In this document: one piece after another, positions 39,326 to 52,359 of the stretch | How the letters are laid out: every line of letters begins with the position of its first letter | How positions within the stretch are numbered: the stretch's first letter is position 1 | From: Octopus sinensis | Lineage: Eukaryota | Reading direction: 5' to 3' | NCBI RefSeq assembly: GCF_006345805.1 | Contig: NW_021837030.1 | Location: 1-64,000, forward strand | Length of the DNA stretch: 64,000 bases | The notes under the pieces: model-generated | Database searches by the model: none | What the model saw: only the letters and a program-made list of their open reading frames with translations | Told to the model about the DNA's origin: nothing | Translations under genes and position numbers: made by a program

Positions 39326-39370
39326 AGGGTGGGAGGTGGAGAGATTAATTAAATGCTTGTTTCAATAGAT

Positions 39371-39589
39371 TAATAATCTTTATACAATAGGCACAAGGCT
39401 TGATATTTGGGGGTTGGAGGATAGTCGATTACATCGACCCTAGTACTCAACTGGTACATAATTTATCGAGCCCGAAAGGATGAAACGCAAAGTCGACCTT
39501 GGCAGAATTTAAACTCAAGTGGTAACCACGGGTAAAATGCTTAGCGGCATTTCGTTCAGCGTGCTAACTATTCTGCCAGCTCACCACCT
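39371..39589 (-). mobile_element. SINE family B2 (B head and core with an alternative tail)
   Basis: Reverse complement of ggtgagctggcagaa..gttagcacg..gtcgactttgcgtttcatcctttcggg, then a ccttgtgcctattgtat..gattatt tail. Confidence 0.85.
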
Positions 39590-39591
39590 AT

Positions 39592-39651
<60 letters not shown>

Positions 39652-39672
39652 TAATAATAATAATAATAATTG

Positions 39673-40500
39673 AGCAAATATTCTGCTCAATACCACAGAT
39701 TTGCTTGTCTGTTGTTTGACCTTAACCAGTTGACACTATCCCTTAGTGGCTGACGATATGTGCATCTCTGACCACGAGCAGAAGTAGTGGGGGAGCATCA
39801 TAGCCATGTGTTGAGAGGGATTCTTTGGGGTTTGGATAATTCACCTTTGGAAAAATGGGTGGTTCGTTCAACATTCTTAAACAATCCTTATTCAGGGACA
39901 TTTTGAGCGGGATGGGCTACTCGACTAGAAGAAAATTCTAACTGGGCCCCGCCTGCAGTACCAGGCAGTGGCTCTCATGGCTTCTGATCTTAACTGATTG
40001 GAAGTGTTATCATGTACATTGTTTTGTCTTGGTATAAAAGATGGGCTACAGCAAATATTCTACTCAATACCACAGATTTGCTTGTCAGTTGTTTGACATT
40101 AGCCAGTTGAGCATGTCCCTTAGTGGCTGATGATATGTGCATCTCTGATCATGAGCAGAAGTAGTGGGGGAGCATCATAGCCATGTGTTGAGAGGGATTC
40201 TTTGGGGTTTGAATAATTCACCTCTGGAAACATGGGTGTTTCATTCAACATCCTTACACAACCCTTATTCAGTGACCTTTTGAGTGGGATGGGCTACTCG
40301 ACCAGAAGGAAATTCTAACTGGGCTCCACCTGCAAGGTCATGTGCTGTTTATCTCGATATGAGATCACCATGTCGCGCACATATGGTTGTGATGCATGTG
40401 CCTGGTGTACCTTTATCAGACAGGTAGTCATGATGGGTATACTGGGCTTCGTATATTTTACCCCAGTGTCATTTTGATGGCATGCACTGCTCTCTCACTC
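39673..40500 (+). mobile_element. Non-coding interspersed element (family E) with a 285-bp internal duplication, between (TAA)n tracts
   Basis: 39673-39957 repeats at 40050-40334. A fragment recurs at 49732-49811. Ends ctctctcactc followed by (AAT)n. Confidence 0.7.
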
Positions 40501-40513
40501 AATAATAATAATA

Positions 40514-40578
<65 letters not shown>

Positions 40579-40618
40579 TAATAATAATATAATATAATAA
40601 TAATAATAATAAATAATA

Positions 40619-40661
<43 letters not shown>

Positions 40662-41035
40662 TGAATAATAGAGACAAATACTGTCAGATCATTGATGTAG
40701 CCATACCAAATGACATGAAAGTTATGAGTAAAGAGGTTGAAAAAAATCACCAAGTACTCCGAATTGAAAGTAGAAATGGCAAGACTGTATGGAATGCGAG
40801 AGGATAATGTAAAAGTGATGCCACTGGTGATCGGAGCGTTGGTCTCGATCCCATTGAAACTTCAAGACTTCTTAAGGCAACTGGAAAACCCATGCAAGAT
40901 TGATGTCTTGCAAAAAGCAGTCTTATTGGGCACAGCGCGCATCTTAAGGAAAGTATTATCTGTTTGAGGTCTTTGTTGTGACTTGACAGATGACTAAAGA
41001 CTCCGGTACATTTTTACCTACACTGTGTTACGAAG

Positions 41036-41036
<1 letters not shown>
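40662..41036 (+). mobile_element. 3' end of an R4/Dong-type non-LTR retrotransposon (RLE domain plus 3' UTR)
   Basis: CQIIDVAIPND..KEVEK/ITKYSELKVEM..VKVMPLVIGAL..LQKAVLLGTARILRKVLSV*. Flanked on both sides by (TAA)n. Confidence 0.85.
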
Positions 41037-41109
<73 letters not shown>

Positions 41110-41123
41110 TAATAATAATAATA

Positions 41124-41175
<52 letters not shown>

Positions 41176-41176
<1 letters not shown>

Positions 41177-41530
41177 TTTTTTTTTTCTTTATTTACCAAA
41201 AGCGCCGAACGCAAAACAAAAAGGGAACAATGCAAAGAAAGAAACTAGTGAAACTTAGCACAAAATACGTGTGTACAATAAAAACAATTAACAATTAAGA
41301 AGAAAATTTAAACAATAAAATTTCCCAAAGTTTGGGAATTTTCCACTCGGGGACGACCAAGGAACCCCACACATCCTAATCACTCCGACTGCCAAGGGAA
41401 CCTCAGACAGGTATCTCTCCCCACTTCAACTCTTCCGGCCAACAGGCGTATGTTCAGATTAGGTCTTTTCACACGGTTCATTATCACCAAATCCACCCAC
41501 CTTTGAGGATGTGTATCCCCTTTCCTTCCA
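41176..41530 (-). mobile_element. Probable Tx1/L1-type LINE 3' end with AATAAA and poly(A)
   Basis: The minus strand has RWVDLVIMNRVK-like residues, a T-rich UTR, aataaa (41188-41193) and an A11 tail (41176-41186) abutting (ATT)n. Confidence 0.55.
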
Positions 41531-41941
41531 ACTTAATATATAAACATATATGTACACAACACGCACACACGCACAGATGTATATATATATAATATATATA
41601 TATATATTATATATATATATATATATATGTTTTAAGTTTCTAATTTAGTTAATGGACTTTTTTCTATAAAAAAGTTATCATTTTATTTATTTCTTAAATA
41701 AATATTGTTTAACTCTATTTGCTTATTTATTTAACTATTATCATAACCTGAAGATTGACTATAATTTTAATTCGAATTTATTTCAATTGAATTTAAACTT
41801 AATTGTAATTCGAATTTAATTGTACCCATGAAACGTACGTAGTTTTTTTACTTATTATATTATATATTTATCATTCCTTTTATACATTTTGAGATCTAGT
41901 TATAAGTTATATAATAAAACATTTTTTAAAATTTATATATA

Positions 41942-41975
<34 letters not shown>

Positions 41976-41982
<7 letters not shown>

Positions 41983-42245
41983 ATCACGTGACCGACCACA
42001 TCGCTGGTCACAATGCGTACGCATTGTTTTAGCCTTCGAATGACGCCACCCCGCTGGCTAAGCGAGCAGGCCAACAGAAGAAAGAGTGGTGAAAGAGTAC
42101 AGCAGGGATCACCCCCCCCTGCCGGAGCCTCGTGGAGCTTTTAGGTGTTTTCGCTCAATAAACATTCACAATGCCCGGTCTGGGAATCGAAACCGCGATC
42201 CTACGACCGCGAGTCCGCTGCCCTATACTACTGGGCTTGCGCCTC
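41976..42245 (-). mobile_element. SINE family C head with tail C3
   Basis: Head as at 12384. The tail ttggcctgctcgcttagccagcggggtggcgtc..gtcacgtgatcacgtga differs from C1 and C2. Confidence 0.85.
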
Positions 42246-42247
42246 CC

Positions 42248-42283
<36 letters not shown>

Positions 42284-42330
42284 ATATCTAATGCGTATCT
42301 TATATATCAATATATATATATATATATATA

Positions 42331-42367
<37 letters not shown>

Positions 42368-42418
42368 TATATATTATATATATATATATATATATCATAT
42401 ATAATATATATATATTAT

Positions 42419-42449
<31 letters not shown>

Positions 42450-42689
42450 AATATATATATATTATATATATATATTATATAATATTATATTATATATATA
42501 TATATATATAATATTTGTTATTTATGTATTGGTTTTGTCTATACTGTTTGAGTTGCATGGTTTTATCTCTAATTCATATTGTATATATATATGTATATAT
42601 ATATATATATATATGTTATATTATATGAATATATATTATGTGTGTGGTGCGTATGTGTAATTCCTTCCTCTGTTTTCCATGTATAGATA

Positions 42690-44876
42690 TGTTGACCGGG
42701 TCCCCTCTCATACTGTACCTGGCTATTTGCTTCCCTTAACCTCTCTATAGTGAGTTTCAATATGCTAATATCAAACCTAAGCAATTTTACCCAAGTTTTT
42801 CTCGATCTTCTGCTCCCACAAATTACTTCTACTAAACACTTTTCCGTTCAAACGATGTCTTCTATACTCGCCACATTTCTATACAAACACTGTCTTCTGT
42901 ATTGCACAAGACTGTCGATTCCCCATATGCGTTATTTTCTTCTCTCTGCTCAATTGTACCACGTTGTTAATTCATATTAACATGCGAATTAACATTTCGC
43001 GCACATTTACCACATTCAATGCCCACTGTTCCCTCCTATGCAATATTGCTCTTCCTCCACTGATATCATGTTATAAAATCTAGCATTCTTGCACAGAGAG
43101 AACCCCTTTATTGCCAGTACAGCTAATAACGTTTTCCAAATCGTGCTTACTCTGTCTACTCAGGTCTCAGAATATCCACCTCCTCAGCAGATTAGTTCAC
43201 CTAGATAACAGAATCTGTCAACAACTTCTAGGGATTTTTCAGAGCTTCACGAGTGTTCTTATTCCAAGCTGTTTTTGTGCACCTGCAATATACGAAGTCC
43301 TCCATTAGTCTGCTGTGAACCAATTGCATATATTCTGCAGGTATCGCCAAGCTTTAGGCAAAATTTGGTTCAGATTCTCTGCTCAAATTTCTCTGTCATG
43401 GTCAATGCGACGATCACACGCTACACACCTTTCTTCAAAGCACTTCTGTAAACAGCAGAAGTGAGCTAGAACGTTAAAGCTCAGTGCACATGCACACTAG
43501 AGGTAAAGATCAATCTTTGCAAAGCGGCTTTACTCTGCGAGCTTTAGCTTCGTTACTATGGCAACAGTCCGGATACTCATTGATCAGACTACGTATATGA
43601 CACGGAAACCGGGAAAATGGCCCTTATGAATCGGTATGACTGGAGAAAATAACTTTACCTTTTACTTTTACATAGGTTACCAGGTTACCAATTGCATCTG
43701 TTGTGCACCCATCCTCATCGACCCATGGGTATCATTATTTTGTGTCCTAAGACTCATAGGACCGGTTAACCGGTTTCTATAGCATTTAAGTGGATCATGA
43801 TCACAAAATTCCCATTGAACGAATTAGTCATTTACATCTGAGTCGACCAGACCAACGTGAAATAAAATGTTTTGCTGAAGAACTCACCACTACGCTCGGT
43901 TTGGGAATTGAAACCACGATCTTGAGATCTTTATTGCAACACCCCCAATAACTAGGTCTTCGCTTTATATTGGGTACACACTATTAAATCCCTACCTTTT
44001 TTGCATACCAGGTTTAACTAAATCCGAGATAACAGTAGCCAGGTATTTTCTAAAACATGTGTTTAAGTTTACATTGAAAAATCTTGATTCTAAGCTACCT
44101 TGCATATTTAAGAGTTAGTTTTAATTATTTGGCTCATTTGGCTGTAGGAACTTGGTCAAAAGTGTACAAGACAGCCCGCAGGTATCTAGTCTACAACTTC
44201 CCTGTTATGACCTAGAGAAGCATCATAGACAAGATCTATTGAGGACAGAGTTCTGATGGACAGCTGCATTCACACTACATTCACATGTTGCTAACTCTCA
44301 CCTTAGACAGCACAGCCTGCATTTTGCTTGCACAGTTCGCACAAACCATTCATTTATATCTAGTTTCCTTTGCCATTATCAGACTATAAAACATCGAACT
44401 CTATTAAAGGCCTTCTCTCTGCCGACAATTGCTTAGTATAATTGCATATTTTTTTAGCTTTGAACTTCTTTTGCAGTTGTCTAAGAAGTCATCAGCGATA
44501 GCTCGTTCTGGTATAAACCCGTATTGCATTTCATGTAAGCTAATTCTCTTTTTAATTAGCTTTACTCTGATTCTCTTGCCCATTACTATAACTTTGTCCA
44601 TCAATTTGATGCCTCTGAACTCTCTCTTTTCAAGAAATTCTCTGTTGCCTTTGTAAACAGTTGACGATGATAAATCTTCACTGATCATTAGGGATGACAC
44701 ATGCATGTTCTATTTATTTGACAAATGCCTGTCAAATATTCTCAACTTCTCCGAGGCTTTTCTTCGTGGTCAAACAGCTTCTCTTTGACCGTAGAGCTGT
44801 CAACTTCAATAGCTAGCTTTTTATGGCGCCGTCCGTCTCTCTCCACCTCTCTCTCTCTCACACACACATACATACA

Positions 44877-44932
<56 letters not shown>

Positions 44933-45120
44933 TACACATGCAGTCTCTTTGTCCACTAACCAATTCGTAGTCGCATTTCCAAGCCTCTTTCTTTATCGGC
45001 AACATAGAAAGCAAGTGCATACGCCGCAATTCCAAACTCTTTTCATCAATGGCGCCCTTCCTGCTCTGCAATCTGGAATATCATATGCTTCTGATCTTCT
45101 CGTCGCAGAACATTGGAAAA
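42690..45120 (-). mobile_element. RTE-type LINE ORF, heavily decayed, interrupted by SINE and microsatellite inserts
   Basis: In order on the minus strand: IKKEAWK, YKGN..FRGIKLMD..LHEMQYGFIP, AFNRV..RKLDINEWFVRTVQ..VHQNSVL, LEVVDRFCYLG, and a C-terminal GSRRSRKTW-like region. Confidence 0.7.
43760..43960 (-). mobile_element. CORE-type SINE family F, diverged
   Basis: caacgtgaaataaaatgttttgctgaagaac..gggaattgaaaccacgatctt matches 63617-63863. Confidence 0.7.
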
Positions 45121-45947
45121 TTACCCTTTTTCTGTTTCTCTCTTTACTAAATGTATTTGATGTTTAGCTTCTCTTCTATTTACCGTTCTTTTCAAACCTG
45201 TTATAGTTCTATCTACAGTACCATTCCACCCCAATATATCACGTTCAACCTGGCTGGAATCTTCTTTCATCCACGGTCCTGCTAGACGGTACTCAGTAAG
45301 TTGTCTCGTATAAACTCTTAGCAGTTTTCTTTGCTATACTTTTCTATCACCCGCTTCTTTCCTAGAATTTCTGCATAGAATTTCTTTGGACCTACATATA
45401 GTTGTGATTCTTCTATCTTTGAGTCAAGTTTGCTTTAACCTTTACGTTATTAACCATTAGGGTCTATTGAGCGGTACATTATTCACTGAGAGAAGACTTA
45501 CGATTCGCAACCACCTTTCCCGTTTCCTAGTATGAGGCCTAATTGATGCATCAGATGCCAGAAGCAGGGTTTATATTCTGCTTTCAGTTAGGAACTAGTA
45601 ACTTCTTTTAATGGCTCGGATTTGATTTTTTTTTTCCGGTTTTCATATTTGTCTTTTTCATATTCGCGTTTCTCCACATTTCCTTCGCTGATGATGCTTA
45701 TGTAAACAAAATCCACCCAACTGTAACGCAAAAAGACAACCAGAAAGCCATCAACTAATCAATATGTGTGTGGAGGGATGTTCGTCAGATTTTTAAAATT
45801 TTAGGGAAACGCTCGAGGTTCAAACAGAACGTTACACTGATTCACTTACCTGACTTGAGGCCCATAATTTGCTACACATTGGTCTTGGCAGAAGTAATGA
45901 AAGTCATGGTCTAGGTGAATAGTGTGTACCTACTTTCCGTGTGTGTG

Positions 45948-45997
<50 letters not shown>

Positions 45998-46649
45998 GCG
46001 TGTGTGTGTGCGTGTGCGTGTGCGTTTGTGTGTATATATGTGTGTGTGTGTGCGTGTGCGCGTGTGTGTGTGTGCGTGTGCGTGTGCGTTTGTGTGTATA
46101 TATGTGTGTGTGTGTGCGTGTGCGCGTGTGTGTGTGCGTTTGTGTGTGTTTAGCAAAGCATAGGATAAAATACCTTGCAGTATTCATTACGACGCTGTGT
46201 GGTGAGTTCAAGTCCCACGGAGGTCAACATTACTTTTCATTCTTTCGAGGTCAATAAAAACCTACCAATCCAGTCCAGCGTGGTGGACCAGGAGAACGAT
46301 AAGTACGTCAGACCATACGCCCTGCAGCATTTGTTCATGTTCCTTTCATTCTGAGGTCAATTCCTATCATGACCTTGCTTGGTATGCTCATCCTGTCACC
46401 CAGTTTAATACCACCACCTGATAAAATGGGTGTCCTAAGTAGAGTCCACTGTGCTGTAACCCTTATGCTCAATCCACCAGTTTCAAAATACCCTCCCCTT
46501 CTCTTTCATCTGCCTCTGGAAGCCCTGTAAATTTTGAAGATCCTTGTCCTTTCCCTTCTGGTTGAAGGATTAAAAATATTAGTTTTGTAAAGGAGTTGAA
46601 TTTGCTGTTGAATTGCGAGTTTGTAACAAAATGTTTGTTACTTAAAAAG

Positions 46650-46837
46650 TGAGGGCGCATGGCTTAGTTGTTAGGGGTGTCCAGCTTACGATCGCAAAGG
46701 CCTAAGTTCGAATCCCAGCAGCTCATTGCGTCCTTAAGAAAAATGGTTTTTCATGCTGTTTGAATCTACTCAGCTAACAAGGATGAGTAGTGGCTGTATT
46801 TCAAAGCTGCCAGCTTTCTCACTTTCTGTGTCATGCT
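46650..46837 (+). mobile_element. F-head/C1-tail SINE, 3'-truncated
   Basis: gcgcatggcttagttgttagg..gttcgaatccc..actcagct..tgtatttcaaag..ctgtgtcatgctg. Confidence 0.7.
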
Positions 46838-46974
46838 GCAGGGGCGTTGCCCTAGTTGCCCGGGCAACACTCTAGCCGGGTTGATACCAAAGAAATCGGG
46901 ACCAAGCTTTTTCGGGCAACGGTTTCACAGCAACACTGTTTCATATGCATATGGTCTGCTACAGCAAAGTTAGA

Positions 46975-47086
46975 ATCTCTCTTTACTCCTTTGCTGGAAC
47001 ACCGCCTTTAGTCGAGCAAATCGACTCCAGGACTTATTCGTTAAAAGCCTAGTACTTATTCTATCACTCTTTTTTGCCGAACCGCT
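46975..47086 (-). mobile_element. SINE family A 3' fragment
   Basis: gctggaacaccgcctttagtcgagcaaatcgac..gtacttattctatc..gccgaaccgct. Confidence 0.8.
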
Positions 47087-47101
47087 GTGTATTCTAAAAA
47101 A

Positions 47102-47316
47102 GGCGGCGAGCTGGCAGAAACGTTAGCACGCCGGGTGAAACGCTTATCGGTATTTTGTCTGTCTTTATGTTCTGAGTTCAAATTCTGCTTAGGTCGACTT
47201 TGACTTTCATCCTTTCGGGGTCGATAAATTGAGTACCAGTTGTGTACTGGGGTCGATCTAATCGCCTGGCCCTCTACCAAAAAATTTCGAGTCTTGTGCC
47301 TAGGGTAGAAAAGAAT
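47102..47316 (+). mobile_element. SINE family B2, full length
   Basis: ggcggcgagctggcagaaacgttagcacg..; tail cttgtgcctagggtagaaaagaat. Confidence 0.9.
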
Positions 47317-47454
47317 GCATAAAAATGTGTCCATTTGTTACAAATTGCGATTCCCACCTTGTATAGTAGTTTTTTTTCGAAACTTTTAGGCAACACCCAA
47401 AAAAATCCTGGCTCCCCCCATCTGCGCTGACTCTCCCTGAGATCTACCTTAAAG

Positions 47455-47560
47455 ATACTTGTGTCTGTGGAATACTCAGCCACTTGCACGTTAATTTCAC
47501 GAGTAGGCTGTTCCGTTGGTCGCATCTACTGGGACACGCGTCGTCGTAACCGACGGAGTA
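47455..47560 (+). mobile_element. Isolated C1 tail fragment
   Basis: gtgtctgtggaatactcagccacttgcacgttaatttcacgag..cgtcgtaaccgacggag. Confidence 0.8.
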
Positions 47561-48277
47561 CCAGCTTCTTCAAAGTTATTGCGGTATGTGATTTGGTGCG
47601 GCTGTTACTGGATTTATTGATGCGACTAAATTACTTCGTATAATGCTTACTGCTTGGTTCGAATGTAGGTACAAGTATTTGCCAGGATTTTGCTTTTCGG
47701 CGGTGCATTTCCTTTGTTATATTTCTTTGTTTCGTTGTTAAACGTTGACTTTTACATGTACGTATTGTGCGTGCGGGTGGTGTTCGTGCATTGTGTTTGA
47801 GGTTGTCTCTGATTTTCATCATGTTGGCTATTTATATCTGTACAGCAAAGATTGTACCTAATTACGTTTCCCTCTGTGAGGCTTTTACAATAAAAATTAT
47901 TTTATTTGATATATTGTGTTGTAGCTGTTATTTAACGCAGGTCAGCGTTGATCGAACAGACTAAGATCAAAGGAGTTCTATTTGGAATATATTTACAAAG
48001 TAAGCGACACACATACATATCCTGTCAATTATACGGGTACTTAGAACTACATTATCCGAGATATTTTGCCTATTTTTAGGACAATAGGGCAATGTTTTTC
48101 AACATTTTTCATCCCCGGCACTCTTATTAAAGTACTAAAACTGTAACAGTAGGTCATCATCTTCTCACTGGTTCAATTATATATCGTGAGCAGACACATG
48201 AATACCTACAACAATCAACGAAAGCATGATTCAAGCTATCAAGCTTGCGAGTGATAGATAGTTAAGCCTTATACAAA

Positions 48278-49036
48278 ACTAGCTGACTCCGTGCCGTCAA
48301 AAATGATCGCTAATTGTAGTATTTTACATATAGACAAGAGAACGGACCCTTTCACTTTGACCGGCAGGTTTAAAAAATAGTTTTTCTTTGCAACTAAACA
48401 CTTTTAAACTTTGTATACTGGTAGAATGTGTCATATAAAACATCTTTTTCTCTTGGCGTTCTTGAGAAAATTTTGTAGTTTGTAAGCTATTTCTTGTTAA
48501 ATTTCTCCTATTTCGGCAATTTCAACCAATCAATGGCGTCTATTGAGGTGACTACAATTACTGCTGTTGTTTGTCAACAACAACTTCCGGCGGTGTATAT
48601 TTACGATTGTCACTCTTATTTATGACATATTTCATATCAGTTACGTTTTTATGAATAAATTATTATCGTTATTAAACTTTTATTAATAAACACATATTCT
48701 AAGTTCACAACATATGCAGTTTTAATTTTTAAAATGAGAATATCTGAAATAAACTCGACTGCTCTCAAAAACGAGAATACTAAATATGAATCCGAACGCT
48801 CTCAGAAATTAAGTAAAATAAACAAGAAAAATAATCCCGAATCCTTGTCCGGTATCGGATTTATCACAAAATCTAATTAGTTTATGCCCGTCACGAGGCC
48901 AAACATCCCTGAAAGTTTCATCCGAATCTATCCAGCAGTTCTTGAGATATCTTGCCCACGAACAAACAAACAAACAAACAAGCAAACAAACATAACTGAA
49001 AAAAATACCTCCACCTTCGCTAAAGCAGAGGTAATA
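48278..49036 (+). mobile_element. Helentron/HINE-like non-autonomous element(s)
   Basis: 5' ACTAGCTGAC. The 3' part has gaaagtttcatccgaatc, (AAAC)n and a terminal hairpin tacctc..gaggta (49006-49033). May be two abutting elements. Confidence 0.5.
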
Positions 49037-49281
49037 AGGACAAAAGATAGAATATGGATGGTAATTCAAATTAATACACTGCTTAATGTTATCTAATGCT
49101 TGTTTTTTGATATGTGACATCGATCATCGTTTGTTACTGAAAGTACGCTGGTTCACACATATAAACGTTCACATAGTTCCCTTGCACACGCATACACATA
49201 CACACATATACTCATACAGAGTTGAAACGCTGTTTGATTTTCCTTTTCAGCGTTGAATGTTCACCATCCCACTTCCATTGC

Positions 49282-49316
<35 letters not shown>

Positions 49317-49507
49317 CATACACGTTCACATATAGACACACATATACTCTCACAGAGTTGAAACGCTGTTTGATTTTTTTTCACCGTAGAATTTCCATCA
49401 TCCCATTGCCGGTGTGCCATCGCCTCTTCCTTCCTTATTCATCTGTCGCCCCTCCCTTTCTCATTCATATGTTACGACGGAAAAAACACAAGTGCTTTAT
49501 TATAGTA

Positions 49508-49712
49508 GAGAAGAAGAAGAAGAAGAAGAAGAAGAAGAAGAAGAAGGAGGAGAGGAGGAGGAGGAGGAGGAGGAGGAAGAGGGAGGAGAAGAAGAAGAAG
49601 AAGAGAAGAAGAAGAAGAAGAAGAAGAAGAAGGAGGAGGAGGAGGAGAAGAAGAAGAAGAAGAAGAAGAAGAAGAAGAAGAAGAAGAAGAAGAAGAAGAA
49701 GAAGAAGAAGGA
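49508..49712. repeat. (GAA/GAG)n microsatellite
   Basis: Direct inspection. Confidence 0.95.
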
Positions 49713-49814
49713 GCCCTGGTGCACTACTAGACAGTGGCTCTCATGGCTTCTGATTTTAACTGATTGGAAGTGTTATCATGTACATTCTTTTGTCCCGGTA
49801 TAAAAGACGGGTTT

Positions 49815-49965
49815 TACGTTCTGCGTTCAAATTCTGCCGAGGTTGACTTTGCCTTTTGTCATTTCCGGGGTCGACAAATTAAGTACCAGTTGCGTACTGG
49901 AGTCGATGCAATCGACCGGCCCCTCCTCCAAAACTCCGGGCCTTGTTCTTCGAGTAGAAAAGAAT
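49815..49965 (+). mobile_element. SINE family B2, 5'-truncated, running into (GGAT)n
   Basis: Core and tail match 47102-47316; the tail agaaaagaatggatggat continues directly into the microsatellite. Confidence 0.85.
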
Positions 49966-50069
49966 GGATGGATGGATGGATGGTTGGATGGATGGATGGA
50001 TGGATGGATGGATGGATGGGCGGATGAACGCACCAACGGACGGATGTATGTATGCATGTATACGATGTG

Positions 50070-50280
50070 CTTCCACAGTTTCCGTCTACCAAATTCACTC
50101 GCTACAACTTATCCCAAATTCACTCACAGGATATTGGTTGGTCCCTCGGCAGTAGAAGACACCTGCTCAAGACACCCTAACTTTAACCTGTTCAAGGTGC
50201 CCAGAATTGGGATTGAACTCGAAACCGCCTAGCAGCAAAGAGAGTTTCTGAACCAGACAGCCATACCAACACCTATATCA
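50070..50280 (-). mobile_element. SINE family A head, diverged
   Basis: cagtttccgtctaccaaattcactc..gtagaagacacctgctcaag..gggattgaactcgaaacc. Confidence 0.65.
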
Positions 50281-51177
50281 ACACCATATTAACAAAACTC
50301 CCCAGCAACAACAACAACAACAACAACAACAATACCAACACAACTACAACAACAACGCTACCACCACCACCACCACCCCATGGCTATCCCCCTTTCCTTC
50401 CTATCATCAAAAACGTTACCTGCTTTTTCACAAACAATTCACAAATATATTGCACCATCCCATATTACACACCCAGCATTATACATCCCACATTTTGCAT
50501 CTCACACACAAGTCCCTGATCCGTCGTTCCTCATCGCGTATCGCGTGTCCTGTTATCGACCCCTTGCATTATAACGTTTTTATAAACACCCGCTACACCA
50601 TCTTATCCCTCATCATACGTCCAACATTCTATATCCATATGTCCTCCCCCCACCCTTCTTCTGCCCCGCCTAATATACACACATTGAACTGTACACACAT
50701 TTCGATCTGTTTAACATTTGCTCTGTGTGCAATCAATAAATAACAAAGCCAGAGCTTTTACACTCACATGTAGTCAAATAAACACACACATACTCACACA
50801 TTGTAGTTTCACGTATACACACATACGTGTGCATATATATAATATATATACACACACACACATGTATTCAAATAAATACACATATACTCACACATTGTAG
50901 TTTCATGTATACACACATACATGTGTGCATATATAATAGATTTATACATACACACACACACACACACACAATCATTATATATATACATACAATATATATG
51001 CACACATTTAAATAACACCATATTATTTGTCGTACATGCATATAAACAGAAAACACGCACAGATATATATATATATAATATATATATATATAATATATAT
51101 ATATATATATGTATGTATGTATGTACTTGTATATATATATATATACACACACAAACATATATTTATATATATATGTG

Positions 51178-51238
<61 letters not shown>

Positions 51239-52359
51239 GCATATATATATGCATTTAAGTACATAAAATACACACATTCTGATCCCTCTCTTACTACACA
51301 TGGACGGAGTTGGACTAATTCTATGTACACAGTCCTAGCACTGTCCCAAGAGATATTATCTGCCGCCACAGTAGGGACTTGCAGATATCTCACTAAATCT
51401 CTAACTGCCCATATCTCTCTCTCCCTCCCTCTCTCTCTGCCCCCCTCTCTCTCACTCTCTCTATCTATCTATCTATCTATCTATCTATCACACTTTTACT
51501 TTCTTTATCTCTCTATCTTTCTCGTCCCTCTCCTTCCCTTCTCTTCAACTCCATCGCTACATTATCAGTCGTCTCCTCGCTTACTAATATGTGCATATTG
51601 ACACATGCAATCGCTAACAGTGCTTGTAGGCACACGTGCGTAAATACAGTAGTATAAACGCACACAGGCATATACACATACACACATACACACAATGTGC
51701 ACCCTCTATACATGCACGCATATATGTGTTTGTACGTGTGCAAATTTGTACGTATGTGTGTACCCTTGTATGTATGGGACCATACATGACCATAGTACAA
51801 TCTCGGATGTCAGTTGATCTAAGTTAATTATTTAATCACAGCGAGTGCACAACCAGTCAACAGGTAGTGGGTGCCACAACTTTTTATTTATTTGAATTTG
51901 AGAAGAATAGATCTCAAATATTCCGTATGTAGAAAATATTGAATATTTATGACAAGGAACCCCACGAGACACAAACACTATTCGTTTTGTCAGCTGCTGG
52001 TGAAATTCGAGACAGCTACTTGTTTAACCGAACGCTATATAGCCGTTGTTGACATCTCACAGGGATGAGGTAAAAACTGACCAGGAAGAAGCAAAATATC
52101 TGAGTCACATTGGCTTCAAATCTTGGCACAATGTAAACAATTTCGGGAAAGGGGGTAAGTCTGTTTCATCGACCCCAGTGCTCAACTGGTATTTATTTTA
52201 TCGACCCACCGAATTATCTTTTAATTATCTCTGAATTTACTCTTTGAATTATCACTACGATAGAACTTATTGAAGAGGTTTAATAATAGTGAAACATGTG
52301 AAGAGTTACCTCCAGTCCTTAAAATAATATTTTGTTCATTCGATTAACATAATATTCTT

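Noticed and set aside
41752-41840. ctgaaga ... gaaacgta as a hammerhead core
   Set aside because: The two halves are about 70 nt apart with no stem II pairing.
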